32,000 bases of DNA from Escherichia coli (GTDB lineage Bacteria; Pseudomonadota; Gammaproteobacteria; Enterobacterales; Enterobacteriaceae), in assembly GCF_025583345.2 (NCBI RefSeq), contig NZ_CP123244.1; one strand, given 5' to 3'. The position numbers were made by a program, and so were the translations under genes. This document shows, piece by piece, positions 18,398-28,347 of the stretch (position 1 is its first letter; every line of letters begins with the position of its first letter). A model generated the notes under the pieces. The model had not been told where the DNA came from. It was given only the letters and a program-made list of their open reading frames with translations, and ran no database searches.

Positions 18398-19549
18398 TTA
18401 TGAGCGAATGCCTTGAACGATAGCGCTATCAGTATCAATAATTGTTTGTATTATTTGCTGTAATAAATTGAGTGCCTGATCTCTTCCTTGAACATCACGA
18501 TTAATTTGATCCAGATAGCTACTCATAACTGAATGCATAACATTTTTAGCTTGCTCAACAATGTCTTTTTCTGCATGAGTAGTGCTTTCTAGAAATCTAG
18601 ATGTTGCTCGAATTGATTCATTGCTAAGCTGTGAAAGTACATCTGCTTTACCTATAGTAAAATATTTATTATACCTATTGTTATGTTTTGTACTAATTTT
18701 CTCGTTTGTATCTCTAATCTTTTCTAGAGTAGTTTCTTTTTCTTTATCATAAGATTTCAGCGCCTCTTCTTTTTGTTCTTCATTAAGACTCGTATCTTTC
18801 GTTGTATTTTTTATTTTTTCATCTATTTGTTTGAGAGAAGCTTGTTGCTCTCGAACTTCCCTTTTTGATGCGCGCTGTACATCATCATCAGTTCTATTGA
18901 TAGTATGCTCTTGGTCAGGTGTAAGGGTTACCATCTTTTCGGGATGGCTTCTGTAATTTGCTACGGCAGATGCTGTGGCCCCGACTGCGCCAACTCCTGA
19001 CCCGATAATAACACCTACCGAACTTGCTGCTGTGGCGCGTTCGGTTTCTTTTCTCTGATACTGGACAAGTTGTTCAAAAACATTACTCATAATAGCCTCA
19101 GACATAGCAGAGGCTTTATACATTGATGTGAATACCCTTAAAAATTCCTCCATTACAACCTGTTGTCGCATGGTCAAATTATCTAGCATATCAAGGATAT
19201 TAAATTTAGATATTTTAATGGTGGTCTGTTCTGTAGAACAGCTTGATTGACTGGATGTAATTGTAGCTTTGTCAACGTCGCTCTTCGAATTATCTAGTGT
19301 ATTCCTTGAGTAATTAAGATTATCCAATAGTTTTACTCTTAGTTCCGGACAGACTTCTCTGTCTGTATTTTTTAATATTATAAACTGAGAGATTATGTCG
19401 TGCTTAATATCTTTAAGGTTATAGTATTGCACAATTTTATTATCATTTGATATGTTGCTTTCTTTGCTATAATCTCTATCAAAGATTTTTTTATCGAGAT
19501 TGTTAATATTAAGTGTGCTGGTCGCATTTTTAATTTCATAGGTGGCCAT
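18398..19549 (-). CDS. eipC: Type III secretion translocator, SipC/IpaC-like
   Basis: 383 aa; central small-residue stretch TAASSVGVIIGSGVGAVGATASAVANYR; C-terminus ..VMSSYLDQINRDVQGRDQALNLLQQIIQTIIDTDSAIVQGIRS. Position between SipB- and SipD-like genes. Confidence 0.82.
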   Translation of the reverse strand: MATYEIKNATSTLNINNLDKKIFDRDYSKESNISNDNKIVQYYNLKDIKHDIISQFIILKNTDREVCPELRVKLLDNLNYSRNTLDNSKSDVDKATITSSQSSCSTEQTTIKISKFNILDMLDNLTMRQQVVMEEFLRVFTSMYKASAMSEAIMSNVFEQLVQYQRKETERATAASSVGVIIGSGVGAVGATASAVANYRSHPEKMVTLTPDQEHTINRTDDDVQRASKREVREQQASLKQIDEKIKNTTKDTSLNEEQKEEALKSYDKEKETTLEKIRDTNEKISTKHNNRYNKYFTIGKADVLSQLSNESIRATSRFLESTTHAEKDIVEQAKNVMHSVMSSYLDQINRDVQGRDQALNLLQQIIQTIIDTDSAIVQGIRS

Positions 19550-19561
19550 GTTAAAATCCTC

Positions 19562-21343
19562 TTATACGATAGAATGGGAAGCAAATTTTAAGGCTTCAGT
19601 TCGGTGTTGTAATACTCGTACCATCTGGCTTACCTCTTGTTCGACGGTTTTATCCACCCTTTGCAATACTGAAAGCATTTGTTCACGCGTTTTTGAAAGA
19701 TTACTCATGTCCTGTTGTAAAATTGCCATGTCGGCAGAGTTTTCAGCAACACAGTAATTCATTATCGATGTTGCTGTTTCACAGATAAGTAAGCCTATTT
19801 TCTCCAGGCCATTGCTTATCTTGGCAATCAACTTCAAAACTACGACTGATGTTTGTATCATACTGCATACGCTGTCTAATACCTTTATAATATTTTTTGA
19901 AACGGAATTAATAATAGATTCAATGGTTGATTTTATAGTGCTTGTTATTTCTTTGGTGACTTCTTCTGCGGCTGTTTTTGATAATGCAGAAACAACGGCC
20001 CCTATTGCTACAGAACATATTACAGCTGCACCAATCATTACTGTCGCCATGACAATAGAAGCGGCTGCACTTGCGTAAATACTTTTAACCAGTTCAATCG
20101 TATCTTGATCGACACCAATAACGTCCAGAAGCGCGGTGATTGCGAGCAGAGTGGGATCAACTGTTTTAATAGCAGCCGAAAGACCTTCTACAACTTTCCC
20201 TAAAATCCAGCCGGTAGCCGTGGTGCCCAGAGCGATTTGACAAGTGATATCTACACCTAATACTACTGCGCCCGCTATTCCACCAATAAGCGCCAGTGCA
20301 CCCGCAATACTTGAACCACCACTAGGAACTGCAGCAAGAAGACCAACAACAATTAAGATTGCGCTCATGGCAATGGTAGCTACAGTTACACACTCATTAA
20401 CGATTTTTAAAACTTTAGTCGTGGTGGTATATTTACGTGCTGTTTCATTGAGTTTATTTTCCCTGACATGGTTAATCTCTTTCATTACCTCAGATTGATT
20501 TTTAATAGAGTCGCAATTGGTATCACCAATAACTTCCATTACTGAGGTAATCAAAAGGATAAATGTGGCTGTCGCATTTCTGTTTTTCTGGTTTTCCTGG
20601 GTCAGGCAAATATTAGTGGTAAAGTTATTAATCTGTTCTTGCTGTTGAATTTCGTCAAATATTTCCATACTTTGGCCGATCGCAGCATCAGCATCCATAA
20701 TGGCTGTATTTAACGATTTCTCAGCTAACGATTTTTTTTGTAATGACAGCGTGAGTGTTTTTTCAGCCGCATTTTTTTGCGTTAGTACTTTATTATATTG
20801 CGGATCGCCAGGTTGCAGTTGCGACAGCTCTTGATTCAATGTATTGACTTTTTTCTCCAGCGATTGCACCTTTTTATCGACCGCATTGTAATTATTGTTG
20901 GCCTGATGCATGATATCGTCAGCTTTTTGCGCAGAATCTAATGACGAGGCGTAGGCGTCGCTTAATTCACGAAACTTATTATGAGCCATTTCGTGTCGAA
21001 GCAGGGTGCTGTCAAGGTTATTATGCAATCGTGTTGTAATATCCTGATCGGCAATGCCTGTTAAATTACCCAAAATCATTGTCAGGCGGGCATCATTCGT
21101 CTTTGCTGTAGTGGCGTTGTCTGAATCTGAAACCTGTATTGCAGGCGGAGCAAGCATCGGTTTGTTTTCAAGACGAGCGCGAATATCGTTATCAAGGGAT
21201 TTCGGGTTTTTATTAAGCCGCATGGGATCAACTTGCGTTTTGCTGCTGTCCTGCAGTCTTTTTTCCGCATCGCTATACTGTGTACGCAATGTTTCGCTGA
21301 TTTGTTCAAACGTGATCGTTTGTCCCGTGATCGGTGCCGACAT
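19562..21343 (-). CDS. eipB: Type III secretion pore-forming translocator, SipB/IpaB-like
   Basis: 593 aa; N-terminal coiled coil; paired hydrophobic segments (VNECVTVATIAMSAILIVVGLLAAVPSGGSSIAGALALIGGIAGAVVLGVDITC; AAASIVMATVMIGAAVICSVAIGAVVSALSKTAAEEV). SD AAGGAGGTGAATT before ATG. Confidence 0.88.
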   Translation of the reverse strand: MSAPITGQTITFEQISETLRTQYSDAEKRLQDSSKTQVDPMRLNKNPKSLDNDIRARLENKPMLAPPAIQVSDSDNATTAKTNDARLTMILGNLTGIADQDITTRLHNNLDSTLLRHEMAHNKFRELSDAYASSLDSAQKADDIMHQANNNYNAVDKKVQSLEKKVNTLNQELSQLQPGDPQYNKVLTQKNAAEKTLTLSLQKKSLAEKSLNTAIMDADAAIGQSMEIFDEIQQQEQINNFTTNICLTQENQKNRNATATFILLITSVMEVIGDTNCDSIKNQSEVMKEINHVRENKLNETARKYTTTTKVLKIVNECVTVATIAMSAILIVVGLLAAVPSGGSSIAGALALIGGIAGAVVLGVDITCQIALGTTATGWILGKVVEGLSAAIKTVDPTLLAITALLDVIGVDQDTIELVKSIYASAAASIVMATVMIGAAVICSVAIGAVVSALSKTAAEEVTKEITSTIKSTIESIINSVSKNIIKVLDSVCSMIQTSVVVLKLIAKISNGLEKIGLLICETATSIMNYCVAENSADMAILQQDMSNLSKTREQMLSVLQRVDKTVEQEVSQMVRVLQHRTEALKFASHSIV

Positions 21344-21398
21344 AATTCACCTCCTTTTTAAGCTATCATCGGGTGTAATTAATTCTTTTTTATTTAAC

Positions 21399-21581
21399 TC
21401 ATGGCAGATGTTTATTCCCATCTAAAATGGCATCAACGGGAAAGTAAGTAATGTGTTTATTGTTATTCTTCTCATTTATTTCATCGCCATGGTTATTTTT
21501 TGAATCAGCCGTGGCTTCCTCATGATATTTCCTGGTTAACTCTTCAGGCGTAAAAGAAGATTTTTTTTCGTTTATGTTCAT
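21399..21581 (-). CDS. Small hypothetical ORF (60 aa) between chaperone and SipB-like genes
   Basis: MNINEKKSSFTPEELTRKYHEEATADSKNNHGDEINEKNNNKHITYFPVDAILDGNKHLP. ATG lies 9 bp after the chaperone stop codon, same strand, inside the operon. Weak SD. Confidence 0.4.
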   Translation of the reverse strand: MNINEKKSSFTPEELTRKYHEEATADSKNNHGDEINEKNNNKHITYFPVDAILDGNKHLP

Positions 21582-21590
21582 TTTGCCGAC

Positions 21591-22088
21591 TCACTCTGTT
21601 TGAACTTCCTCTTCGGTATTGGCTGTCAAAAGTTCAAGATAAGCAGTAGCCATCTCTTTAATTTTTTCATTTTGACTATAGGTTACGACAGTATTAAATA
21701 ATTCAGTGGCCATTTTAATGTTTTTTAAGCCCATCTGGCATTGGCCCATATAATAAACCAAAGAGAAATCGTTATCGGGAGATAGCATCAAACAGATATG
21801 ATACATGTCGAATGCCTTTTGATAATCTTTCTTCAACTGACAAACGGCGGCATATCCTTTTAAATAGTTATAATTTTGGAAATCATAAATACAGAGAAAT
21901 TTAAAAAAGAGCTCAGCTTCGTCAAGTCTTCCTTTTTCATAAAAGTTATAAGCGTAAGCATAAACGCCTTCAAGGGTATCCGGAGTAATACCATGCAGCT
22001 CTGCAAGTGTTGCTCCCATACCTAGTGCACGTTCGAACTTACTGGCAATTTCTTTATTTTCTTCTAAATCCAGATTTGCGCTTTCCAT
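21591..22088 (-). CDS. eicA: Type III secretion translocator chaperone, SicA/IpgC/SycD (TPR) family
   Basis: 165 aa; LAELHGITPDTLEGVYAYAYNFYEKGRLDEAELFFKFLCIYDFQNYNYLKGYAAVCQLKKDYQKAFDMYHICLMLSPDN...; SD AAGGAGAG. Confidence 0.92.
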   Translation of the reverse strand: MESANLDLEENKEIASKFERALGMGATLAELHGITPDTLEGVYAYAYNFYEKGRLDEAELFFKFLCIYDFQNYNYLKGYAAVCQLKKDYQKAFDMYHICLMLSPDNDFSLVYYMGQCQMGLKNIKMATELFNTVVTYSQNEKIKEMATAYLELLTANTEEEVQTE

Positions 22089-22389
22089 CTCTACTCTCTC
22101 CTTTCGAACATTCTTTGTTCAGACTTCACCATTTTTTAGAGGGTGGTGATATCAAAATTCGCTCATTTTTATGCCCATCCGTTGGGCTTCCTTTTCTGCA
22201 TTAAAAACAAGTATTGTTTCAATGAGATAAGATTTTCTATGTGATGAAATGAAAATAATGTAGAGGGAAATTTATCCACAATCCTGATGAACTGGTTCAA
22301 TTTTGATTGGAATTTGAAAAAGCAGGTGATTTACTGATATGCGAGCTTAAGTCAGCGGCTGCTGGCCTGAGCGCGGAGGTGTGCGAAAT

Positions 22390-22683
22390 TCACATATCCG
22401 GGCATTCCACCTTACCCAGCGCTTCCCAGTAGTTATTCTGATTATTACGCTCCATCGCCACAATAGCTTCACGGATATGTTGTTTGTTACTCTCATCAGA
22501 CAACATTAATTTTTCCCACGCTTCGTCTGATAATGACGCCTGTGGCGTGCAAATTTTACGTAAATCTTGCAATACCGTGGTTTTCTCTTTTGCCGACTGT
22601 AGCGAACTGAATGGCGACTCGGCCTGAGAAATGGCTGGAAAAGTCAGGAATACGGTAATCATGAGTAGCATCGTTAGCTTCAT
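22390..22683 (-). CDS. yicS: YicS family protein, secreted/periplasmic small protein
   Basis: 97 aa from MKLTMLLMITVFLTFPAISQAESPF; signal peptide. The track ORF start at 22752 is an upstream in-frame ATG. Confidence 0.9.
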   Translation of the reverse strand: MKLTMLLMITVFLTFPAISQAESPFSSLQSAKEKTTVLQDLRKICTPQASLSDEAWEKLMLSDESNKQHIREAIVAMERNNQNNYWEALGKVECPDM

Positions 22684-22891
22684 AGCGGCAACCTTCTGCA
22701 AATGTGCATCGAATGAAGCATAAGTGTAGTTTGCTTTTGCCGCTCTCATCATGCTGTACGAAAGGTGTTTGCGTGGTCAGTAAGAAGTGCCAGTTTTTTA
22801 TACCTTTTTCTTCTATTCGATAGCTTTTCGTTTTTTAAACCGTAGTGATCTTGCCATTATAGTCAGTTAATGATTAAAAAAAGGATAAAAA

Positions 22892-23710
22892 ATGAAACTG
22901 ACAACACATCATCTACGGGCGGGGGCCGCATTATTGCTGGCAGGAATTCTGCTGGCAGGTTGCGACCAGAGCAGCAGCGATGCAAAACACATTAAAGTTG
23001 GCGTTATAAATGGCGCAGAACAAGATGTCGCGGAAGTCGCTAAAAAGGTGGCAAAAGAGAAATATGGCCTCGATGTTGAACTGGTAGGTTTTAGCGGTTC
23101 GTTGCTACCGAACGATGCGACAAATCATGGCGAGCTTGATGCGAACGTCTTCCAGCATCGACCCTTTCTTGAACAAGATAATCAGGCGCATGGTTATAAA
23201 CTGGTAGCGGTGGGAAATACGTTTGTCTTCCCCATGGCGGGTTATTCCAAAAAAATAAAAACCGTGGCGCAAATAAAAGAAGGCGCGACAGTGGCGATCC
23301 CCAACGATCCGACCAACCTTGGTCGCGCGCTTTTACTGTTACAAAAAGAGAAGCTAATTATTCTGAAAGAGGGAAAAGGGTTACTACCTACCGCGCTGGA
23401 TATAACCGAGAATCCTCGTCATTTGCAGATTATGGAACTCGAGGGGGCGCAGCTCCCGCGCGTACTGGATGATCCCAAAGTTGATGTGGCGATTATCAGC
23501 ACCACTTACATTCAGCAGACCGGGCTTTCTCCGGTGCACGACAGCGTATTTATTGAAGATAAAAATTCGCCGTATGTGAATATTTTGGTGGCACGGGAAG
23601 ATAATAAGAATGCAGAAAACGTGAAGGAATTTCTGCAATCTTATCAATCACCCGAAGTCGCAAAAGCGGCAGAAACCATCTTTAACGGTGGCGCGGTGCC
23701 TGGCTGGTAA
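22892..23710 (+). CDS. nlpA: Lipoprotein-28 NlpA (MetQ/NlpA family)
   Basis: 272 aa; lipobox LLAGILLAGC; KHIKVGVINGAEQDVAEVAKKVAKEKYG...; core synteny. Confidence 0.96.
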   Translation: MKLTTHHLRAGAALLLAGILLAGCDQSSSDAKHIKVGVINGAEQDVAEVAKKVAKEKYGLDVELVGFSGSLLPNDATNHGELDANVFQHRPFLEQDNQAHGYKLVAVGNTFVFPMAGYSKKIKTVAQIKEGATVAIPNDPTNLGRALLLLQKEKLIILKEGKGLLPTALDITENPRHLQIMELEGAQLPRVLDDPKVDVAIISTTYIQQTGLSPVHDSVFIEDKNSPYVNILVAREDNKNAENVKEFLQSYQSPEVAKAAETIFNGGAVPGW

Positions 23711-23713
23711 TTC

Positions 23714-24637
23714 TCACTCATGCCGCGCTGGACGATTTATTTTTCTGGCGCGGCGACGGGAATCCATTGAAATCAAAATTACCGATGACAGAATCAGCAG
23801 CGTTCCCAGCCAGTCCGGCAATGTGAACGTGATCCCCAGCAACAGCAAAGAGAGCAGCGCGCTACTTAATGGTTCTGCACAGCTTAAAATGCTGGCTTTT
23901 GGACCGCCAATTAATTGTGCTCCTTTCAGGTACAGGCTAAATGTCAGAGATGTACCAATGACCACCAAATAAAAAAACGCCAGAATCAAACTGCCGTTAA
24001 CGACAAAGTTTGTTCCTTGTCTGGCATAAAAAGGCAACAGAATCAGACCGCCAATCAGCATACTCCAGCCGACGACTGGTAACGTGCCATAGCGGGCAAT
24101 CAGCGTTGAGGGATAGGTGGTATAGAATGCAGCAGCAAATGCCGAGGCAATGCCCCAGAATAACGCGGCAGGAGAGATCGATAATGACGTCGGATTACCG
24201 TGTGTCACCAATAAAAAAGTCCCGACCAGCGATGTCAAAATAGCGCAAAAAACCAGAATGCCCGGGCGCGATTTACGTACCAGTGAGAACCAGGCGACGA
24301 TAATCGTCGGTGAGAGGAATTGCAGCACCGTTGCCGTGGCAGCATTCGATTTTTCAATGGTCAGTAAAAAGGTGAGCTGTACGGTTAGCGCGCCAACCAC
24401 GGAAAAAATGAGCAGACTAATGGCATCTTTGTGATTGTTAATAATAGAAAAGATTTTATCGCCATGAACAAATGACAGCGTCAGCAGAATCAAACCGGCG
24501 AATATCAAACGCGTCATAGTCAAAAACTGCGACGACATCTGGCTTTGCTCCATGATGTATTGCGCGCAGACCCCTGAACTTCCCCACAACACGGCGGCAA
24601 TCAGAACGTTCAGCATCCCCTTTCTGGTGGAACCCAT
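23714..24637 (-). CDS. yicL: EamA/DMT family transporter YicL
   Basis: 307 aa; multi-TM EamA-type sequence; convergent with nlpA. Confidence 0.94.
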   Translation of the reverse strand: MGSTRKGMLNVLIAAVLWGSSGVCAQYIMEQSQMSSQFLTMTRLIFAGLILLTLSFVHGDKIFSIINNHKDAISLLIFSVVGALTVQLTFLLTIEKSNAATATVLQFLSPTIIVAWFSLVRKSRPGILVFCAILTSLVGTFLLVTHGNPTSLSISPAALFWGIASAFAAAFYTTYPSTLIARYGTLPVVGWSMLIGGLILLPFYARQGTNFVVNGSLILAFFYLVVIGTSLTFSLYLKGAQLIGGPKASILSCAEPLSSALLSLLLLGITFTLPDWLGTLLILSSVILISMDSRRRARKINRPARHE

Positions 24638-24747
24638 TTTTCCCTCTGCATACTGTTTTGTCGTTTATGTATGCAGGCATGATAGCAAAAATGGCGAGGA
24701 TGGCTCTGTTTGCGCCACGCCGATTTTTCTTAACCCAGACTGGAGAG

Positions 24748-25932
24748 CTAAATATCTTTAATAAACAGCAGGCAAATCATCGCAATACCCAACATCCCTA
24801 TCGCCAGCCAGAACAACGCGTGGTAGCTCCAGATTTCAACCATAATTCCGTCAACAGAGCCGGCGATAATCCAGCCGACGCGTGAAGTATTTGCATATAA
24901 CGTTGTCGCAGAGCCTATTTTTTCAGGCATCAGGTCCTGAAAATAAAGCATGCCGATACCACAAAGAATGCCGAGAAAGATGGCATTAAGAATTTGTAAT
25001 TCCAGCTCAACTGCCGGAGTCGTCGCCATGAGTACGCTGGCGTAAAAACACATACCACTCACGATAGCAATGAGCATTAATAGTCGCTTGCCAATACGTT
25101 TCATGTAATAGCCTGCGATTAACATCATCGGAATTTCCAGACCGGCAGCGATACCAATCATTTCTCCAGCCAGTTTATCGGTTAGATGCAGTTCATCAAT
25201 AATAAATAGCGGCATATTTATCATGTAGAGATTATTCGCCGCCCACATCATTGAACAAACCACAAAAAGTAGCCGCGTATCTCGCTTTCTATGGATGGAG
25301 GGTAAAATTTCTACGGGTTGGGTAACGACAGGAATATTTCTTTGTATTGATGGCAAAAACAACCAGACTATCAGCCCGCAAACAACAAATGCGATGGCAG
25401 CGGTGAGATACATCACTTTAAAACTAAATCCCATAGCCAGTTCATAAGCGAGCGGTGGCCCGATAACCCAGGCAAGCGAGATCTGAGCACGTAAAAATGT
25501 ACTGAACATGACCGTCTCACGGCCTGTTCTGTCGGCGTGTTCACGGGCGAGGGCGAACATTTTCGGGTTTGCGGTGGAAGCAAAACTACTCAGAAGTACG
25601 CCCGTTGAGAGGAGAATGAAGTAGTTGCGATTCCACGCAAAAAGCGTGCAGGCCAGCACTCCAAATAAGCAACATAGCAGAATCAGTAATTTACGGTCGC
25701 CTTGTTTATCGGAGTGCCTTGCCAGAAATTGACTGACCAGAATTCCCATAATAGCGCTACCGGTGAAGAAAAAACCTACCATTATAGGACGGGCTTTCAG
25801 TTCATCTGCGAGGAATATACTTAGGGTGGGAGTCTGGAGAGCGCCCGCAATACCCGTCAGAAAGGCGACAAGTAAAAATGCCGCGGCAGTGAGATCAAGT
25901 ATTTTTGATGGAGTGGTAGCCGTTTTTTGCAT
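24748..25932 (-). CDS. setC: Sugar efflux transporter SetC (MFS)
   Basis: 394 aa; MFS sugar efflux sequence; core synteny. Confidence 0.94.
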   Translation of the reverse strand: MQKTATTPSKILDLTAAAFLLVAFLTGIAGALQTPTLSIFLADELKARPIMVGFFFTGSAIMGILVSQFLARHSDKQGDRKLLILLCCLFGVLACTLFAWNRNYFILLSTGVLLSSFASTANPKMFALAREHADRTGRETVMFSTFLRAQISLAWVIGPPLAYELAMGFSFKVMYLTAAIAFVVCGLIVWLFLPSIQRNIPVVTQPVEILPSIHRKRDTRLLFVVCSMMWAANNLYMINMPLFIIDELHLTDKLAGEMIGIAAGLEIPMMLIAGYYMKRIGKRLLMLIAIVSGMCFYASVLMATTPAVELELQILNAIFLGILCGIGMLYFQDLMPEKIGSATTLYANTSRVGWIIAGSVDGIMVEIWSYHALFWLAIGMLGIAMICLLFIKDI

Positions 25933-26239
25933 TCTTCTGAATCACCGGGCGACAAAATATAACTGAGTTACAAATAAGTACCAGTCGAATGAGTATTGTA
26001 TTAAGAATTTTTGAGTATCGCTGATACAACCAGAAAACAATGCTAGCGCAATATTATAGGGCCAGCAATTGAGATTATTAGCAAAAGCATGTTAAGAATT
26101 AATCACCGAATTTATATATTAATTATAGTAAGGCAATGAGCTATTTTTGATAGTAAAAATAAAACAAGTTGATTTGATATATTAAATGAACAAATTAATC
26201 TTGATGGCAGTCTGATTATTGGTGAAGTTTATAGGTCAG

Positions 26240-26520
26240 TTTTTTTCGCCAGCTGTTAAAGGAATAGAATAGTCGTATAAAAAAGGGTGTTCTGGAGCGT
26301 GTAAAACAACATCTTCACCTTAATGGCGATACAGTTGGCTGAGAGTCAGCAGGGGGCAAATCACCTGCAAATAAACACGGCGCATGCTGGCGCGAATATC
26401 GCGGATGCGTTCGAGGACAGAAGAACCGACAGGCGGATTCTTCAGTCGCTCATCGTCCATCACAAAACCTTTGATCAGGTATTCCTGAAGCCGATTGAAT
26501 ATTGAGCAGTAGAAAATCTC
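26240..26520 (-). pseudogene. Degenerate rhuM-like (virulence RhuM family) gene remnant next to selC
   Basis: The minus-strand frame reads [52 protein letters not shown], then a frame loss. In another frame it resumes as VKMLFYTLQNTLFY. This resembles the RhuM core motif LxEYLxKGFVMDDERLKN...LERIRDIRASERRVY...TFFQTVQNKL. No intact ORF. Confidence 0.7.
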
Positions 26521-26568
26521 TGGAATGACAGTATTACAAGGGGTTGGAGAACGTCAGTAGAGGCATTT

Positions 26569-26663
26569 TGGCGGAAGATCACAGGAGTCGAACCTGCCCG
26601 GGACCGCTGGCGGCCCCAACTGGATTTGAAGTCCAGCCGCCTCACCGGAGACGACGATCTTCC
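26569..26663 (-). tRNA. selC: tRNA-Sec (selenocysteine, anticodon UCA)
   Basis: Minus strand GGAAGATCGTCGTCTCCGGTGAGGCGGCTGGACTTCAAATCCAGTTGGGGCCGCCAGCGGTCCCGGGCAGGTTCGACTCCTGTGATCTTCCGCCA, 95 nt with long variable arm and encoded CCA. Confidence 0.98.
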
Positions 26664-26694
26664 GCGCCTCGATTGCTACATGGAGGCGGGGCGC

Positions 26695-26700
26695 ATTATA
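26695..26700 (-). promoter_or_regulatory. Probable selC -10 element
   Basis: Minus-strand TATAAT followed by a GC-rich discriminator GCGCCCCGCC. Confidence 0.5.
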
Positions 26701-26955
26701 GCTACTTCCTTGAGTTTCTACATCCCCCAGATCAGTTTTTTCCGCCTAATACACGCAGCGTATTATCACGAAAGCATTATAGTTCATATAAAACCCATAT
26801 TTTACAATGATATATGAGCGGAATTAACGCTACCACGATCACATAAAACAAGAATCATAAATTAATAACCAGATATCGGAATATTCGCTCTCACAGGGAT
26901 GGTTTACAAAATGCGTTATCGGTCTCAGCACCCCTATAGCATCAAGGAAAAGCAG

Positions 26956-28338
26956 ATGAAGAGTGAAGTGTTGTCCGTTAAAGAGAAAATTGGTTATGGC
27001 ATGGGAGACGCCGCCAGCCACATTATTTTCGATAACGTAATGTTATATATGATGTTCTTTTATACCGATATTTTTGGCATTCCTGCCGGATTTGTCGGAA
27101 CCATGTTTTTGGTCGCTCGTGCACTGGATGCGATTTCCGATCCTTGCATGGGGTTGTTGGCCGATCGAACGCGCTCTCGCTGGGGTAAATTTCGTCCGTG
27201 GGTACTGTTTGGCGCACTGCCATTCGGGATCGTCTGTGTACTGGCCTATAGCACGCCAGATCTCAGTATGAACGGCAAAATGATCTATGCAGCAATTACT
27301 TACACCCTACTTACCTTACTTTATACCGTCGTCAATATCCCTTATTGCGCATTGGGTGGTGTAATCACCAATGACCCGACGCAGCGTATCTCGCTGCAAT
27401 CCTGGCGTTTTGTGCTGGCGACCGCGGGAGGCATGCTTTCTACGGTTCTGATGATGCCATTGGTTAATTTAATTGGTGGTGATAATAAACCACTCGGTTT
27501 CCAGGGCGGTATCGCGGTCCTTTCCGTGGTGGCATTCATGATGCTGGCATTCTGTTTCTTCACCACTAAAGAACGCGTTGAAGCACCACCTACAACGACG
27601 TCTATGCGGGAAGATTTACGTGATATCTGGCAAAACGACCAGTGGCGGATTGTCGGTTTACTAACCATTTTCAATATCCTGGCGGTGTGCGTACGCGGTG
27701 GGGCGATGATGTATTACGTCACATGGATTCTGGGTACGCCGGAAGTGTTTGTCGCTTTTCTCACCACTTATTGCGTGGGTAACCTGATTGGTTCCGCACT
27801 GGCAAAACCGCTGACCGACTGGAAATGTAAAGTCACTATCTTCTGGTGGACGAACGCCCTGCTGGCAGTGATTAGCCTCGCGATGTTCTTTGTTCCCATG
27901 CAGGCCAGCATCACTATGTTTGTCTTCATCTTCGTGATTGGTGTGTTGCATCAACTGGTGACACCTATCCAGTGGGTAATGATGTCCGATACCGTCGACT
28001 ACGGCGAGTGGTGCAATGGTAAACGCCTGACCGGGATCAGTTTTGCTGGCACGCTGTTTGTGCTCAAACTGGGGTTGGCCTTCGGCGGTGCTCTTATCGG
28101 CTGGATGCTGGCTTATGGCGGATATGATGCGGCAGAAAAAGCGCAGAACAGCGCCACGATTAGCATCATTATCGCGCTATTCACGATTGTTCCGGCGATC
28201 TGTTATTTGCTGAGCGCGATTATCTCTAAACGCTACTACTCACTCACGACGCACAATCTGAAAACCGTTATGGAACAGCTGGCTCAGGGTAAACGCCGTT
28301 GCCAGCAACAATTCACCTCTCAAGAAGTGCAGAACTAA
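26956..28338 (+). CDS. yicJ: Putative glycoside-pentoside-hexuronide (GPH) transporter YicJ
   Basis: MKSEVLSVKEKIGYGMGDAASHIIFDNVMLYMMFFYTDIFG...; the internal ATG at 26956 is preferred over 26899. Confidence 0.95.
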   Translation: MKSEVLSVKEKIGYGMGDAASHIIFDNVMLYMMFFYTDIFGIPAGFVGTMFLVARALDAISDPCMGLLADRTRSRWGKFRPWVLFGALPFGIVCVLAYSTPDLSMNGKMIYAAITYTLLTLLYTVVNIPYCALGGVITNDPTQRISLQSWRFVLATAGGMLSTVLMMPLVNLIGGDNKPLGFQGGIAVLSVVAFMMLAFCFFTTKERVEAPPTTTSMREDLRDIWQNDQWRIVGLLTIFNILAVCVRGGAMMYYVTWILGTPEVFVAFLTTYCVGNLIGSALAKPLTDWKCKVTIFWWTNALLAVISLAMFFVPMQASITMFVFIFVIGVLHQLVTPIQWVMMSDTVDYGEWCNGKRLTGISFAGTLFVLKLGLAFGGALIGWMLAYGGYDAAEKAQNSATISIIIALFTIVPAICYLLSAIISKRYYSLTTHNLKTVMEQLAQGKRRCQQQFTSQEVQN

Positions 28339-28347
28339 GGAACGGCA

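Noticed and set aside
19812-20498. Plus-strand ORFs opposite the SipB-like gene
   Set aside because: They overlap the hydrophobic segments of a well-supported translocator gene and have low-complexity products typical of antisense shadow frames.
23710-23760. GCCGCGC...GCGCGGC inverted repeat near the nlpA/yicL convergent ends as a shared terminator
   Set aside because: The spacing is long (about 19 nt loop) and it lies inside yicL coding sequence. Not strong enough to call as a terminator.
26323-26505. 60-aa plus-strand ORF downstream of selC
   Set aside because: It is the reverse complement of the degenerate rhuM-like remnant. The recognisable protein similarity is on the minus strand, so this is a shadow ORF.
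26569-26663. Active island integration at selC
   Set aside because: No integrase gene or adjacent att-flanked insert is seen. Flanks return directly to core genes apart from the small degenerate remnant.
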